Shown: positions 56,347 to 64,000 of the stretch, in pieces
Layout: each line of letters begins with the position of its first letter
How positions within the stretch are numbered: the stretch's first letter is position 1
DNA from: an uncultured virus (IMG/VR IMGVR_UViG_3300029928_000131)
Taxonomy: Duplodnaviria > Heunggongvirae > Uroviricota > Caudoviricetes
Strand: one strand, 5' to 3'
Length of the DNA: 64,000 nt
Virus record (IMG/VR): IMGVR_UViG_3300029928_000131
Notes under the pieces: generated by a model
Databases searched by the model: none
What the model saw: only the letters and a program-made list of their open reading frames with translations
What the model was told of the DNA's origin: nothing
Position numbers and translations under genes: made by a program

Positions 56347-57453
56347 TCAGGCTGCAATGACGCTCGGCGAGACTTCGAACACGATGGCGAAGTCTTCCAT
56401 GGCGTCCATGATGTTACCGTAGAGCTTCAGGAACACCTTGCTGCCAGTGTTTTCCTTGATGACCTCATTGTCGCTGAGCTTCTTGATGCGCTCTGCCTCG
56501 GTGACATCGTCACCGGCGGCGGTGATGAGATAGCTGCGCGTCGCATCGGCGTCGAGCACAGCGCCGGACGAGCCGCTCTCCAGCACCTTGGAGTCCTCCA
56601 GACTCTTGAGGTAGTCCTGCATCGCCAGCAGCAGCACGCATTTGTCGTCGTAGGTGTTGGCGCACTTGCCGAAATAGTCGTCCTCGACGCTCGAGACGGC
56701 ATAGTAGCGGATCAGGTCAATGGCCGCGGTCATCTTGATCTTCTTGAGCGCTTCGGGTTCCGTGTCGCCGATGGTGACCTTGCTGGTCACGGCGCGGCTC
56801 AGCTTGCGCACGCGGCCGTCGTCGATGATGAAGAGCTTACCGGCGTCGACCGCTGTGTCAGGGCTCTCGGTCGCCGTCACGCCGGTCACCTCGCTCAGCT
56901 GCGCATAGGTCGCGCTGCACTGTGCGGGCGTACCGGCCAGCATACCGGCAATACGTGAGCAGTAAGCCGCGGCTGAGAAAGCCGTCTTGCCGCCGGCGGC
57001 GATACCCGCGGATACAAAGTTGATGACGCCCTCATAGTCTGCTGCCGTGTTCGGCAGCACCGCCTTGCCGATGTAGCGCAGCTTGCGGCGCTCCTTAACG
57101 AGCGCAGCGAGCGCCGTGGCGTCGTCGGCGGAGATATCGGGCGGGCCCGCGATGTAGTCGTAGGTGTAAGCCGCCAGTGCGCCGAAGCCCGCTGCGATCG
57201 TTCCGGCTGCCGGCACGACGGAGACGTACACAGCGCTCGGACGGTTGATATAGCCCATCAGCGCACGCTTGATGTATGCGATATTGTCCGCGCCGAGCGT
57301 CGTCGGGATATCGCTCTCCTGGCAAACAACGTGCACGCCGTTTGCTTTACTGTCGCGCAGGATCAGCGCGACAGCGCCGCGGGAAATGCGGGTGGATACC
57401 GTCTCCGCGGCCTTCTTCAGGGTAAAAGTGAGTTCAGGCAGTCCCATACTCAT
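56347..57453 (-). CDS. Tail sheath protein (XkdK-like)
   Basis: RGAVALIL, SRIAGMLAG, KKIK, DAMED. Confidence 0.9.
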   Translation of the reverse strand: MSMGLPELTFTLKKAAETVSTRISRGAVALILRDSKANGVHVVCQESDIPTTLGADNIAYIKRALMGYINRPSAVYVSVVPAAGTIAAGFGALAAYTYDYIAGPPDISADDATALAALVKERRKLRYIGKAVLPNTAADYEGVINFVSAGIAAGGKTAFSAAAYCSRIAGMLAGTPAQCSATYAQLSEVTGVTATESPDTAVDAGKLFIIDDGRVRKLSRAVTSKVTIGDTEPEALKKIKMTAAIDLIRYYAVSSVEDDYFGKCANTYDDKCVLLLAMQDYLKSLEDSKVLESGSSGAVLDADATRSYLITAAGDDVTEAERIKKLSDNEVIKENTGSKVFLKLYGNIMDAMEDFAIVFEVSPSVIAA

Positions 57454-57920
57454 TCGCTCCTTTGATAAATTTCTCCGCCGTTTACCTGCACGGAGATCTG
57501 GTAAGAATCCGCCGCCGGGATCTCCGGCGCGGTCTCCTCATTGCTTTCCATAAATTCAAAATTCAGCAGAATAGCGGCTCTGTCAATGTCCCGCGGCATA
57601 CTCTGCAGCTGCGGCAGCAGCCTGCGCGCCCCCACGTGCAGGACCTGCATCATGAGCTTCAGGCACGCCGATACATCGTTGTTGAGTCTTGCCCAGCTGA
57701 TGTCATAGTGCTCGTCGGCCTCATCGTGCAGTGTGAGCCGGATCTGCACGTTCCGCTTCGTCATGCGCCGCGTGACCGGCGTGCGGTCGTCGCGAGTGAC
57801 CTCCAGCCAGAAGGAGGGACGCTCATAGTCCTCCGGGCAGACGTTGATGTAGACGGTGCGCTCAGGCCATTTTTCCAGCAGACGCGCATTGACGGCGTCC
57901 AGGATCTCTGTGCTGTTCAT
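57450..57920 (-). CDS. Tail terminator protein
   Basis: ERPSFW; position. Confidence 0.7.
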   Translation of the reverse strand: MNSTEILDAVNARLLEKWPERTVYINVCPEDYERPSFWLEVTRDDRTPVTRRMTKRNVQIRLTLHDEADEHYDISWARLNNDVSACLKLMMQVLHVGARRLLPQLQSMPRDIDRAAILLNFEFMESNEETAPEIPAADSYQISVQVNGGEIYQRSE

Positions 57921-58375
57921 CCGTTCCCCTCCAGATAGGCCATGGCCTTCTTCTCGATTTCCTTTGCACCTTCTTCGGTCAGGCGGCGTGCGACATCCGC
58001 ATTTGTCATGCGGTACATATACTTTCCGGGGACAAAATCTTTCTTTGCACGACTTTCCCGCTTCCTCATGGCATACGAGGTCGGGACTCGTATTTTGTGC
58101 CCATTTTCGAGCGCGTTGGTGATGTAACCGGCTGCATCGCCATGCAAATAGGTTTTTGCCTTGGCACGAACGGCAGCATAGCCGCCGCCGGAACCGACAT
58201 ACTGGCTCTGCACGTTTGCCACGTAGCCTCTGCCGCCGATACGGCGCTGTACCGTGGAAAGCATCTCGCGTCCGGCCTCCTCGAAGAACTCGCTGCGCGC
58301 CTTCTTCATGGCCTCCGGATAGCCCTCCAGCTTTTTCTGGACTTCTTTCAGCCCGCTGATCTCAACGCTCTGCAT
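57917..58375 (-). CDS. HK97 gp10-like protein
   Basis: LENGH..FVPGKYM. Confidence 0.75.
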   Translation of the reverse strand: MQSVEISGLKEVQKKLEGYPEAMKKARSEFFEEAGREMLSTVQRRIGGRGYVANVQSQYVGSGGGYAAVRAKAKTYLHGDAAGYITNALENGHKIRVPTSYAMRKRESRAKKDFVPGKYMYRMTNADVARRLTEEGAKEIEKKAMAYLEGNG

Positions 58376-58999
58376 TTATGCCTCCCAGCTGCGCTCGACC
58401 ACGTACTCGTTCTTGTATGGGTCAAGGTCGAGCACCTGACGCACGGTGTACGGCGCTTCCTCTGCGTGCTGTACCAAATCACCGGCGCGCAGCACGATGA
58501 CCTTCGGCGTCACCAGCACGCGCTGCTGCACCTCCGCGCGGTAGACGTCGTCCGCTTCATTGCGGAAATATTTCTCCGTCAGGATGCCGGGGAAGGTGAA
58601 GCTCGGAACGCTCACGGCGACCGGACGGTTATAAGCGTCGCGTCCCGTCCGGTCCTGCGGCCGTGCTGTCAGTGTTGCGGGGTCACATACAGCCGCGCGG
58701 ATCTCCTGCCGGCTGCGGTCGTCCGACAGCACGATCGACGTCAGAAAGAGAAACTGCTCGCCGAGCCGCACGGCCCCGTGCAGTGTGAGCAGCCGGTCGG
58801 GCCGGATGACGATGCTTGCCCCGCGTGCGCCGATGCCGACGCTCGAAAACAGGTTGCTGCGCTCCTCGAAGGTCACGCCGCCCCAGCAGACGCGCCGCAC
58901 CTCCCAGGTATAGGCTGCCTTTTCTTGGTCAAACCGCAGTTCCAGCAGCTCAAGGCGCTGCCGCAGATCGTCTGCGAGCAAAGTCCCTTTCTGCGCCAT
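58376..58999 (-). CDS. Head-tail adaptor-like protein
   Basis: Position; DLRQRLEL. Confidence 0.6.
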   Translation of the reverse strand: MAQKGTLLADDLRQRLELLELRFDQEKAAYTWEVRRVCWGGVTFEERSNLFSSVGIGARGASIVIRPDRLLTLHGAVRLGEQFLFLTSIVLSDDRSRQEIRAAVCDPATLTARPQDRTGRDAYNRPVAVSVPSFTFPGILTEKYFRNEADDVYRAEVQQRVLVTPKVIVLRAGDLVQHAEEAPYTVRQVLDLDPYKNEYVVERSWEA

Positions 59000-59012
59000 C
59001 GCTCATTCCTCC

Positions 59013-59324
59013 TCAGGAACCGGTGTCCGAATCGGACACCGGTTCGCTCAGCTTCAGCTGGTTCATCATGCGGCGGAAAGCGGGATTGTCGGCAACCACC
59101 GTGCCGGCAAAGCTCACGTCGCGCCGGTCATACATGTCGAGCACCAGGTAATTGACGCACAGGTCGTACTGCGCTGCGCGCGGAGAGCCGCTTTCAGGCG
59201 CGCAGACGCCTGCGGTCTCCATGTACCCGACCGCCGCCGCGAAAAAGCCGTCGAGCAGCGCATCGTCATCATCCACGCGGCAATACTCCGCCAGCGCCCT
59301 CCGGCGCTCGTCCGTCAGCTCCAT
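59013..59324 (-). CDS. Head-tail connector (gp6-like)
   Basis: YCRVDDDDALL, LVLDMYDRR. Confidence 0.85.
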   Translation of the reverse strand: MELTDERRRALAEYCRVDDDDALLDGFFAAAVGYMETAGVCAPESGSPRAAQYDLCVNYLVLDMYDRRDVSFAGTVVADNPAFRRMMNQLKLSEPVSDSDTGS

Positions 59325-59330
59325 CGGTTA

Positions 59331-60575
59331 TCAGCCGCCGCTCGCGGCCTTCGGCAGCGTCGCCACGACAAAGCCCTTGTCAACGATCAGGTTGCCGCCG
59401 ACCATCGCGTCGCCCAGGATCGTGAGCATGCGCTCCTCGCCCTTGATGCTCTCGTCCACGCGGACGGTGAAATCGCCGAACAGACCGAGCTCATAGTTGC
59501 TCGGGTCACCGTAGAGCATCGTCTGAATTGCCGCGCTGGTAGACTGCGTCGCGCCGGACAGGCTCGTCAGATCGGGCAGGATCGTGTACGGGATGACCGT
59601 GCCGCCGTCCTCAATGGTGCCGATGTTGGGGTTGCCCGCATCGTAGCGGATCTTGAACACGCGCTCCTTGTCGTTGTTGCGCAGCTTGCCGATGGCTTTC
59701 AGGTCGGCCTTGGTCAGGTAGAGACGCGCGTTCTGGCCGATGGCGTCGTCGCTGCCGTAAGCGAAGAACAGCTCGTCGAGAATGTTCTCGTCGATGGCCG
59801 TCACGTCGACAGAGGCGAAGATTGCGCTGCCTGCCACGTTCTTGGCGTTCTTGATGCCGTACATATCGGGCGATGCCTGGCCGTCGCCGTTGGCGATCAG
59901 GCCGCAGGCCTTGCGGCGCATCGCACGCAGCGCCATACCGTAGATCTTGTCGTAGTAGCCCGCGGGGCTCAGACGGGAGATGTTGCGGTCGACGTAGCTC
60001 GTAGTGTTCAGCTCATAGGGGCTGATCTTGGCCACGCCGAAGGTCGGATCGCTCGAGGCGGTACGTGCCTTGCCCGCGTTGGTCGAGACCTTACCGCCCT
60101 TAGCGTCCAGCTCGCTGATGACATAGGGCTCCAGGAACGAGCCCATACCGGTCAGATCCTGCACGTAGACCTGGTCGATGATGGAGCTGACCATATTGCC
60201 GATTCCGTCGCGGATGTTGCGGCCCGCGCCCGTGGGCTCGACCAGCGTAGTAGTGGCCAGCGTGATGGACTTACTGGCGAGATACAAGCCCTTGCGCACT
60301 TCCTGCGCGCTCAGGGCGATGCTGCCGCCCTTCATCAGGATATTGCCGCGCTCGGCGGCCTTGTCCTTTACTTCTTTCGGATCTTCCTTGCGTTCCAGGA
60401 ACTGGCGGTCCTGCTCGTCGATGAGGGCCTTGACCTCCGTGATCTCGTCGTTGATGTTGCTGATCTCAGCCATCTTGGACTTGTAGTCCTCGTGCTTGCC
60501 GTCTTTCAGCAGCGTTTCGGCCTCCGTCAGCATGCCGGCGCGCTTCGCCAGCAGGTCATTGTACTTTCTGCGCAT
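59331..60575 (-). CDS. Major capsid protein (HK97 fold)
   Basis: N-terminal coiled coil; after protease. Confidence 0.85.
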   Translation of the reverse strand: MRRKYNDLLAKRAGMLTEAETLLKDGKHEDYKSKMAEISNINDEITEVKALIDEQDRQFLERKEDPKEVKDKAAERGNILMKGGSIALSAQEVRKGLYLASKSITLATTTLVEPTGAGRNIRDGIGNMVSSIIDQVYVQDLTGMGSFLEPYVISELDAKGGKVSTNAGKARTASSDPTFGVAKISPYELNTTSYVDRNISRLSPAGYYDKIYGMALRAMRRKACGLIANGDGQASPDMYGIKNAKNVAGSAIFASVDVTAIDENILDELFFAYGSDDAIGQNARLYLTKADLKAIGKLRNNDKERVFKIRYDAGNPNIGTIEDGGTVIPYTILPDLTSLSGATQSTSAAIQTMLYGDPSNYELGLFGDFTVRVDESIKGEERMLTILGDAMVGGNLIVDKGFVVATLPKAASGG

Positions 60576-60587
60576 GATGTGTCCTCC

Positions 60588-61277
60588 TCAAAATCTCATT
60601 TTTTCAAGCGCGAGCGCGGCTTCGTCAGCCCAGCGCTCTTTATCGTCTGCGCCGCCCGGCGCAGGAGGTTCTTTTCCCTCAGTGCCGCCATAGCGCTTTG
60701 CTTTGACGACACCGGCTTCCGGCTGCGCGGGCACCGCCACGAGGCTGACCTCATAGGCGTCCGCCGCACCGTCCAGCTCAAAGTGACAGCGCTGGCCGTC
60801 ATACTCGCGGCCCGCGACGTGCTTGCACAGTGTATCTCTCTGGTCTGCGCCGCAGATCGAGCAGTTGACATGCTGCACGCTGCACCCCACGCTGCACTCG
60901 CTGAGGATCCCGCCCTCAATGGCGGCGATCGTGTCCGCAGTGCCTGCCGAGCGAACCATGTAGCAGTCGAGGACCAGACGCTTGACTCTGCCCTCGCCGA
61001 CAACCCGCGCATCATAGACGCGCGCAGTCTGCATCGCAGCGCTCCAGGTGTGGTCACGCAGCACAGGCTTGCCGACATAGAGCCCGCTAAGCTGCTCAAG
61101 CGTTGCCTCCGTAAACCGCTCACCGTCACGATCGACCAGATTATCACAGGCCGCCAGGCGGAAAACGAATACATCGTCAGCGCTCAGCTTGCGCAGAGTC
61201 CGCATATTGATCAGCTCAAGCGCGTGCTCGTCAACCGATGCCGCGCCCAGGTGCGCCGTTTTATAAATCATATCCAT
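60588..61277 (-). CDS. Prohead protease
   Basis: VDRDGERF, DHTW, ECSVG, YEVSLVAVPAQ. Confidence 0.8.
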   Translation of the reverse strand: MDMIYKTAHLGAASVDEHALELINMRTLRKLSADDVFVFRLAACDNLVDRDGERFTEATLEQLSGLYVGKPVLRDHTWSAAMQTARVYDARVVGEGRVKRLVLDCYMVRSAGTADTIAAIEGGILSECSVGCSVQHVNCSICGADQRDTLCKHVAGREYDGQRCHFELDGAADAYEVSLVAVPAQPEAGVVKAKRYGGTEGKEPPAPGGADDKERWADEAALALEKMRF

Positions 61278-61360
61278 GTGGTTACTCCTCTCCGGCGACC
61301 GTACCGTCTTTTTTTCAACGGTTCCATATCACGCTCTCCTCTCACAAAGCTAAAATCCTT

Positions 61361-62650
61361 TTACTGCGGCGGTGTTTCTTTTCCCGCCGCCCGCTGGCGG
61401 CTCAGTTCAGCAAATTCGCTCAGCGGCACATAGTTCAGGCTGGCATAGTGGGTGTCTCCGCCGTCGATAAAGGGAAGATCCTCCAGCGCGCGGATCTCGT
61501 TGACTGAGAGCACGCCTGTGTCGCGCATGGTGCGGTACCAGTTGGCGCGGCTGGCCGCGTCGCCCCTGAGCTCGGCCATCATGTTGATGCGGATCTCAAG
61601 TCCCTTTTTCAGCTCACTGTCGGTCAGCAGTTTATAGGTCTGTTCTTCTTCGTACTGCGTCACAATCGGATGGAGCGTGCTCACAACGTACTCAATGGAA
61701 TTTTGCTCGTTGGAAGCGTAAGATTGAGCCCCGTCGTTCAGCTTGTACAGCGGTACGCCGAAGTAGCGGGCTATGTCCTTGACGGAAATCTCCTTGTTTT
61801 CCACAAACTGCGCATCGCGGTTCGAACTGGCGATGCTCGTGTATTTGAGGCCAAGATCAAGGATCGCCGTGCGGTGTGCATTGCTTGGCCCCAGATGGAC
61901 TTTTTCCCATTCGCTGCGCAGCTGATCTTTCAGCGTGACAGGAGATCCGTCAGGGCGGGTCAGCACGCTGCCGTGCTCATTTTTGGCGTAACCGCGGAGA
62001 TCGGCGTCGGTCTCCAGCACACCGCCGGGCTGTCCGCCGTTTTGATAATACGAAGCGTCGTACTGCTGTGCCGCGCGCGCCGCGGCAATAACGTCCTCCG
62101 CACGCGACAGCGTTCCGATGCCTTTCAGTCCGTTCCGTGTGGCATTTTTGTAGTGGCAGACGTCTTCGTTCGGCAGCCGCATCAGCTCGCCGGTGAGGGG
62201 ATGCGTGACGTCGTACCAGATGCGCCCGATCTCATCGTGCCACTGCTGCACGAGCTGCCAGGGCACAGGAATAAGCTCCTTCGGCAGGCCGGTCGACGGA
62301 TCGCGGATGATCCAGTCGTATCCGTTTCCGCCTTCCAGTCGGCTGGTCTCCAGTACCTTTTTGCGGATAGCTGGCGTCATCGCCTCGTTTGGCCGCACGT
62401 TGAGCAGATACAGGATATCGTGTGGTACGTGCTCACGCGTGCGGTTGTCGATTACAAAGTTCGGCAGCTTCGCCATGCTGTCGCTCAGGACCTCAATGCA
62501 GCGATCAACCGTGCTCAGCTTTCTTGCCACGCTCTGCACGTCCTCTCCGACAGCCAGGCCGCCGGCGGCTGCAAGCGTGCCGATTGTGACGGCTTTTCTG
62601 GTAGTGGGCGACCGTGCAGTGGCCGCGCGGAGCCCTTTAATAACGCTCAT
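61361..62650 (-). CDS. Portal protein (HK97 family)
   Basis: RPNEAMT, IARYFGVP, NEIRALEDLP. Confidence 0.95.
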   Translation of the reverse strand: MSVIKGLRAATARSPTTRKAVTIGTLAAAGGLAVGEDVQSVARKLSTVDRCIEVLSDSMAKLPNFVIDNRTREHVPHDILYLLNVRPNEAMTPAIRKKVLETSRLEGGNGYDWIIRDPSTGLPKELIPVPWQLVQQWHDEIGRIWYDVTHPLTGELMRLPNEDVCHYKNATRNGLKGIGTLSRAEDVIAAARAAQQYDASYYQNGGQPGGVLETDADLRGYAKNEHGSVLTRPDGSPVTLKDQLRSEWEKVHLGPSNAHRTAILDLGLKYTSIASSNRDAQFVENKEISVKDIARYFGVPLYKLNDGAQSYASNEQNSIEYVVSTLHPIVTQYEEEQTYKLLTDSELKKGLEIRINMMAELRGDAASRANWYRTMRDTGVLSVNEIRALEDLPFIDGGDTHYASLNYVPLSEFAELSRQRAAGKETPPQ

Positions 62651-62832
62651 TCAGATTCGTCAGTCCCTTCCTCATCGGTATCGTCATAGCCGTCGAGCAC
62701 AGCGCCTGCAACAAGCAGGAGACCTGCTGTGATCATTCCGGCTGGAACGTAGATCATACTGGCACCCAGTGCGATCAGGACGCATCCGAGTACCAACGCG
62801 ACGCCTTGCGCCGCAGCAGCATATTTTCTCAT
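62647..62832 (-). CDS. Small membrane protein
   Basis: Two TM segments between terminase and portal. Confidence 0.65.
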   Translation of the reverse strand: MRKYAAAAQGVALVLGCVLIALGASMIYVPAGMITAGLLLVAGAVLDGYDDTDEEGTDESE

Positions 62833-62842
62833 TCTCTCATCC

Positions 62843-64000
62843 TTACAAACTGAACCCCGGCTGGCTGACGGCCTCGGCAAGGTCGGGCTTCTGATTTTTC
62901 GCGATCATCCACACCGCCATTGCAATAATGGCGGCGACCGTTGGGTCGATGCGGCCGGTCGATTTGTTCTTCAGCGGCTTGATATTGCCGTTTCCGTCCT
63001 CGTGGCAGCGGACATTGCCAAATGTGGTTCTAAAGCATGTATTGTGTACGTGCAGCAGCGTGTGCCGCTGCATCAAGTCGTCCATTTCCTTCATCGCCGG
63101 GCTCATATTCTTCAGGTCCTGCGGGATCTCAATGGTGTTGACGATAGGGGAGAGCCTCTGCGTGATGGTTCGGCTCAAATATGGGTCAAATCCGATCATG
63201 CGCAGGTCAAATCGCTCTCGCGCCTCGCGGATGCGGGCCTCAATATCGTCATAATCGTTCACCGTGCCGGAACACAGCGTCAAAAATCCGGCGCGCGCCC
63301 AGTCTCGATAGGGAACATGGTCCCTTTTTTCAGCCTCATCGACCGTCGCTTCCGGCCTCCAGATGCCGTATGGCCAGATCACGGCGGTGTCAAGCCCAGG
63401 CTGGGGCGGGAAGAGCAGCACAAATGCCGTCAGATCTCGGCTCGTCGACAGGTCGACGCCTCCGTAGCAGATCATGCCGTCCAGCTGATGCAGGAATTCC
63501 TCTCGTGCGGCCTTCCTGCTTGGCCCCCACTGCGTTTTGTCATACAGATTGAGCGAGATCCAGCCGACCGCCTTCGTCGTGATCCACTGATTCAGGCGCA
63601 GCCAGCGGAAAAGCCGCTCGGCAGCCTCGCTTTTCTTGGCTGCCATGGCCTCCATGCGGACGTTGCGCATGCTCAGGTGCTTGCCCAGCGAGGGATTGCA
63701 CAGCTTCCACAGGCTTTCATCCCAAATGTCGATTTTTTCAAGGTCATCCGGATCGTCGCCGAAGAATGCCGTCAGACCGTACAGGATCGGCAGCCAGTTT
63801 TCTTCGTCGCGTTCCAGAAGGGCCTGTTCCGCGTCGGCAAGGTCCTCATCCGCGGCATGCCTTAGCGAGAGGACCTTGCGCGCGTCGCCGCCTTCCTCCT
63901 GGATGCGGCGCAGCTGCCGGGCATCGCGGATCGCGACGGCCTTATCATGAATCTCCCACCCAATGCTGCCGCGCTCTGGGTCGTCACCGGCTGTTGTCAG
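62843..64000 (-). CDS. terL: Terminase large subunit, 3' part (5' end beyond window)
   Basis: GGVDLSTSRDLTA, GFDPY, GRIDPTVA. Confidence 0.9.
   Translation of the reverse strand: MTTAGDDPERGSIGWEIHDKAVAIRDARQLRRIQEEGGDARKVLSLRHAADEDLADAEQALLERDEENWLPILYGLTAFFGDDPDDLEKIDIWDESLWKLCNPSLGKHLSMRNVRMEAMAAKKSEAAERLFRWLRLNQWITTKAVGWISLNLYDKTQWGPSRKAAREEFLHQLDGMICYGGVDLSTSRDLTAFVLLFPPQPGLDTAVIWPYGIWRPEATVDEAEKRDHVPYRDWARAGFLTLCSGTVNDYDDIEARIREARERFDLRMIGFDPYLSRTITQRLSPIVNTIEIPQDLKNMSPAMKEMDDLMQRHTLLHVHNTCFRTTFGNVRCHEDGNGNIKPLKNKSTGRIDPTVAAIIAMAVWMIAKNQKPDLAEAVSQPGFSL

Larger units (their letters stand above)
34255..64000. mobile_element. Temperate myovirus (phage 2), partial; left boundary approximate
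   Basis: Second replication/immunity/integrase set, tmRNA att, lysis, Xkd-like contractile tail, head, terminase running off window. Confidence 0.8.

Overview
The whole window is phage DNA, probably from a Clostridia/Oscillospiraceae-like gut host (inferred from gene content and sigma-A promoters); no host housekeeping genes are present. It reads as two related temperate phage genomes joined head-to-tail. Phage 1 (~1-34254) is a siphovirus with HK97-type head, non-contractile tail and a tyrosine integrase followed by a tRNA-3'-end att core. Phage 2 (~34255 to beyond 64000) is a myovirus with PBSX/Xkd-like contractile tail and a tyrosine integrase followed by a tmRNA-3'-end att core. Both att sites have matching arm repeats on each side (attP form), and the two phages share a diverged ParA-DnaB-initiator block. 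Most notable: (1) four copies of an unannotated tRNA-shaped RNA scaffold with variable inserts in the immunity/early regions; (2) a 19-bp palindrome dispersed at least 12 times through both genomes (candidate parS or dispersed operator); (3) a DGR remnant with target, hairpin and Avd but no RT/TR; (4) small proteins resembling the C-terminal helix of their own repressors; (5) two stacked immunity cassettes; (6) a TerS-TerL fusion; (7) a seven-gene post-lysis operon of unknown function; (8) a toxin-antitoxin island (NYN with structured leader, HicAB, type I toxin with duplicated antitoxin RNA). All product calls are from motif recognition and synteny, not database searches.
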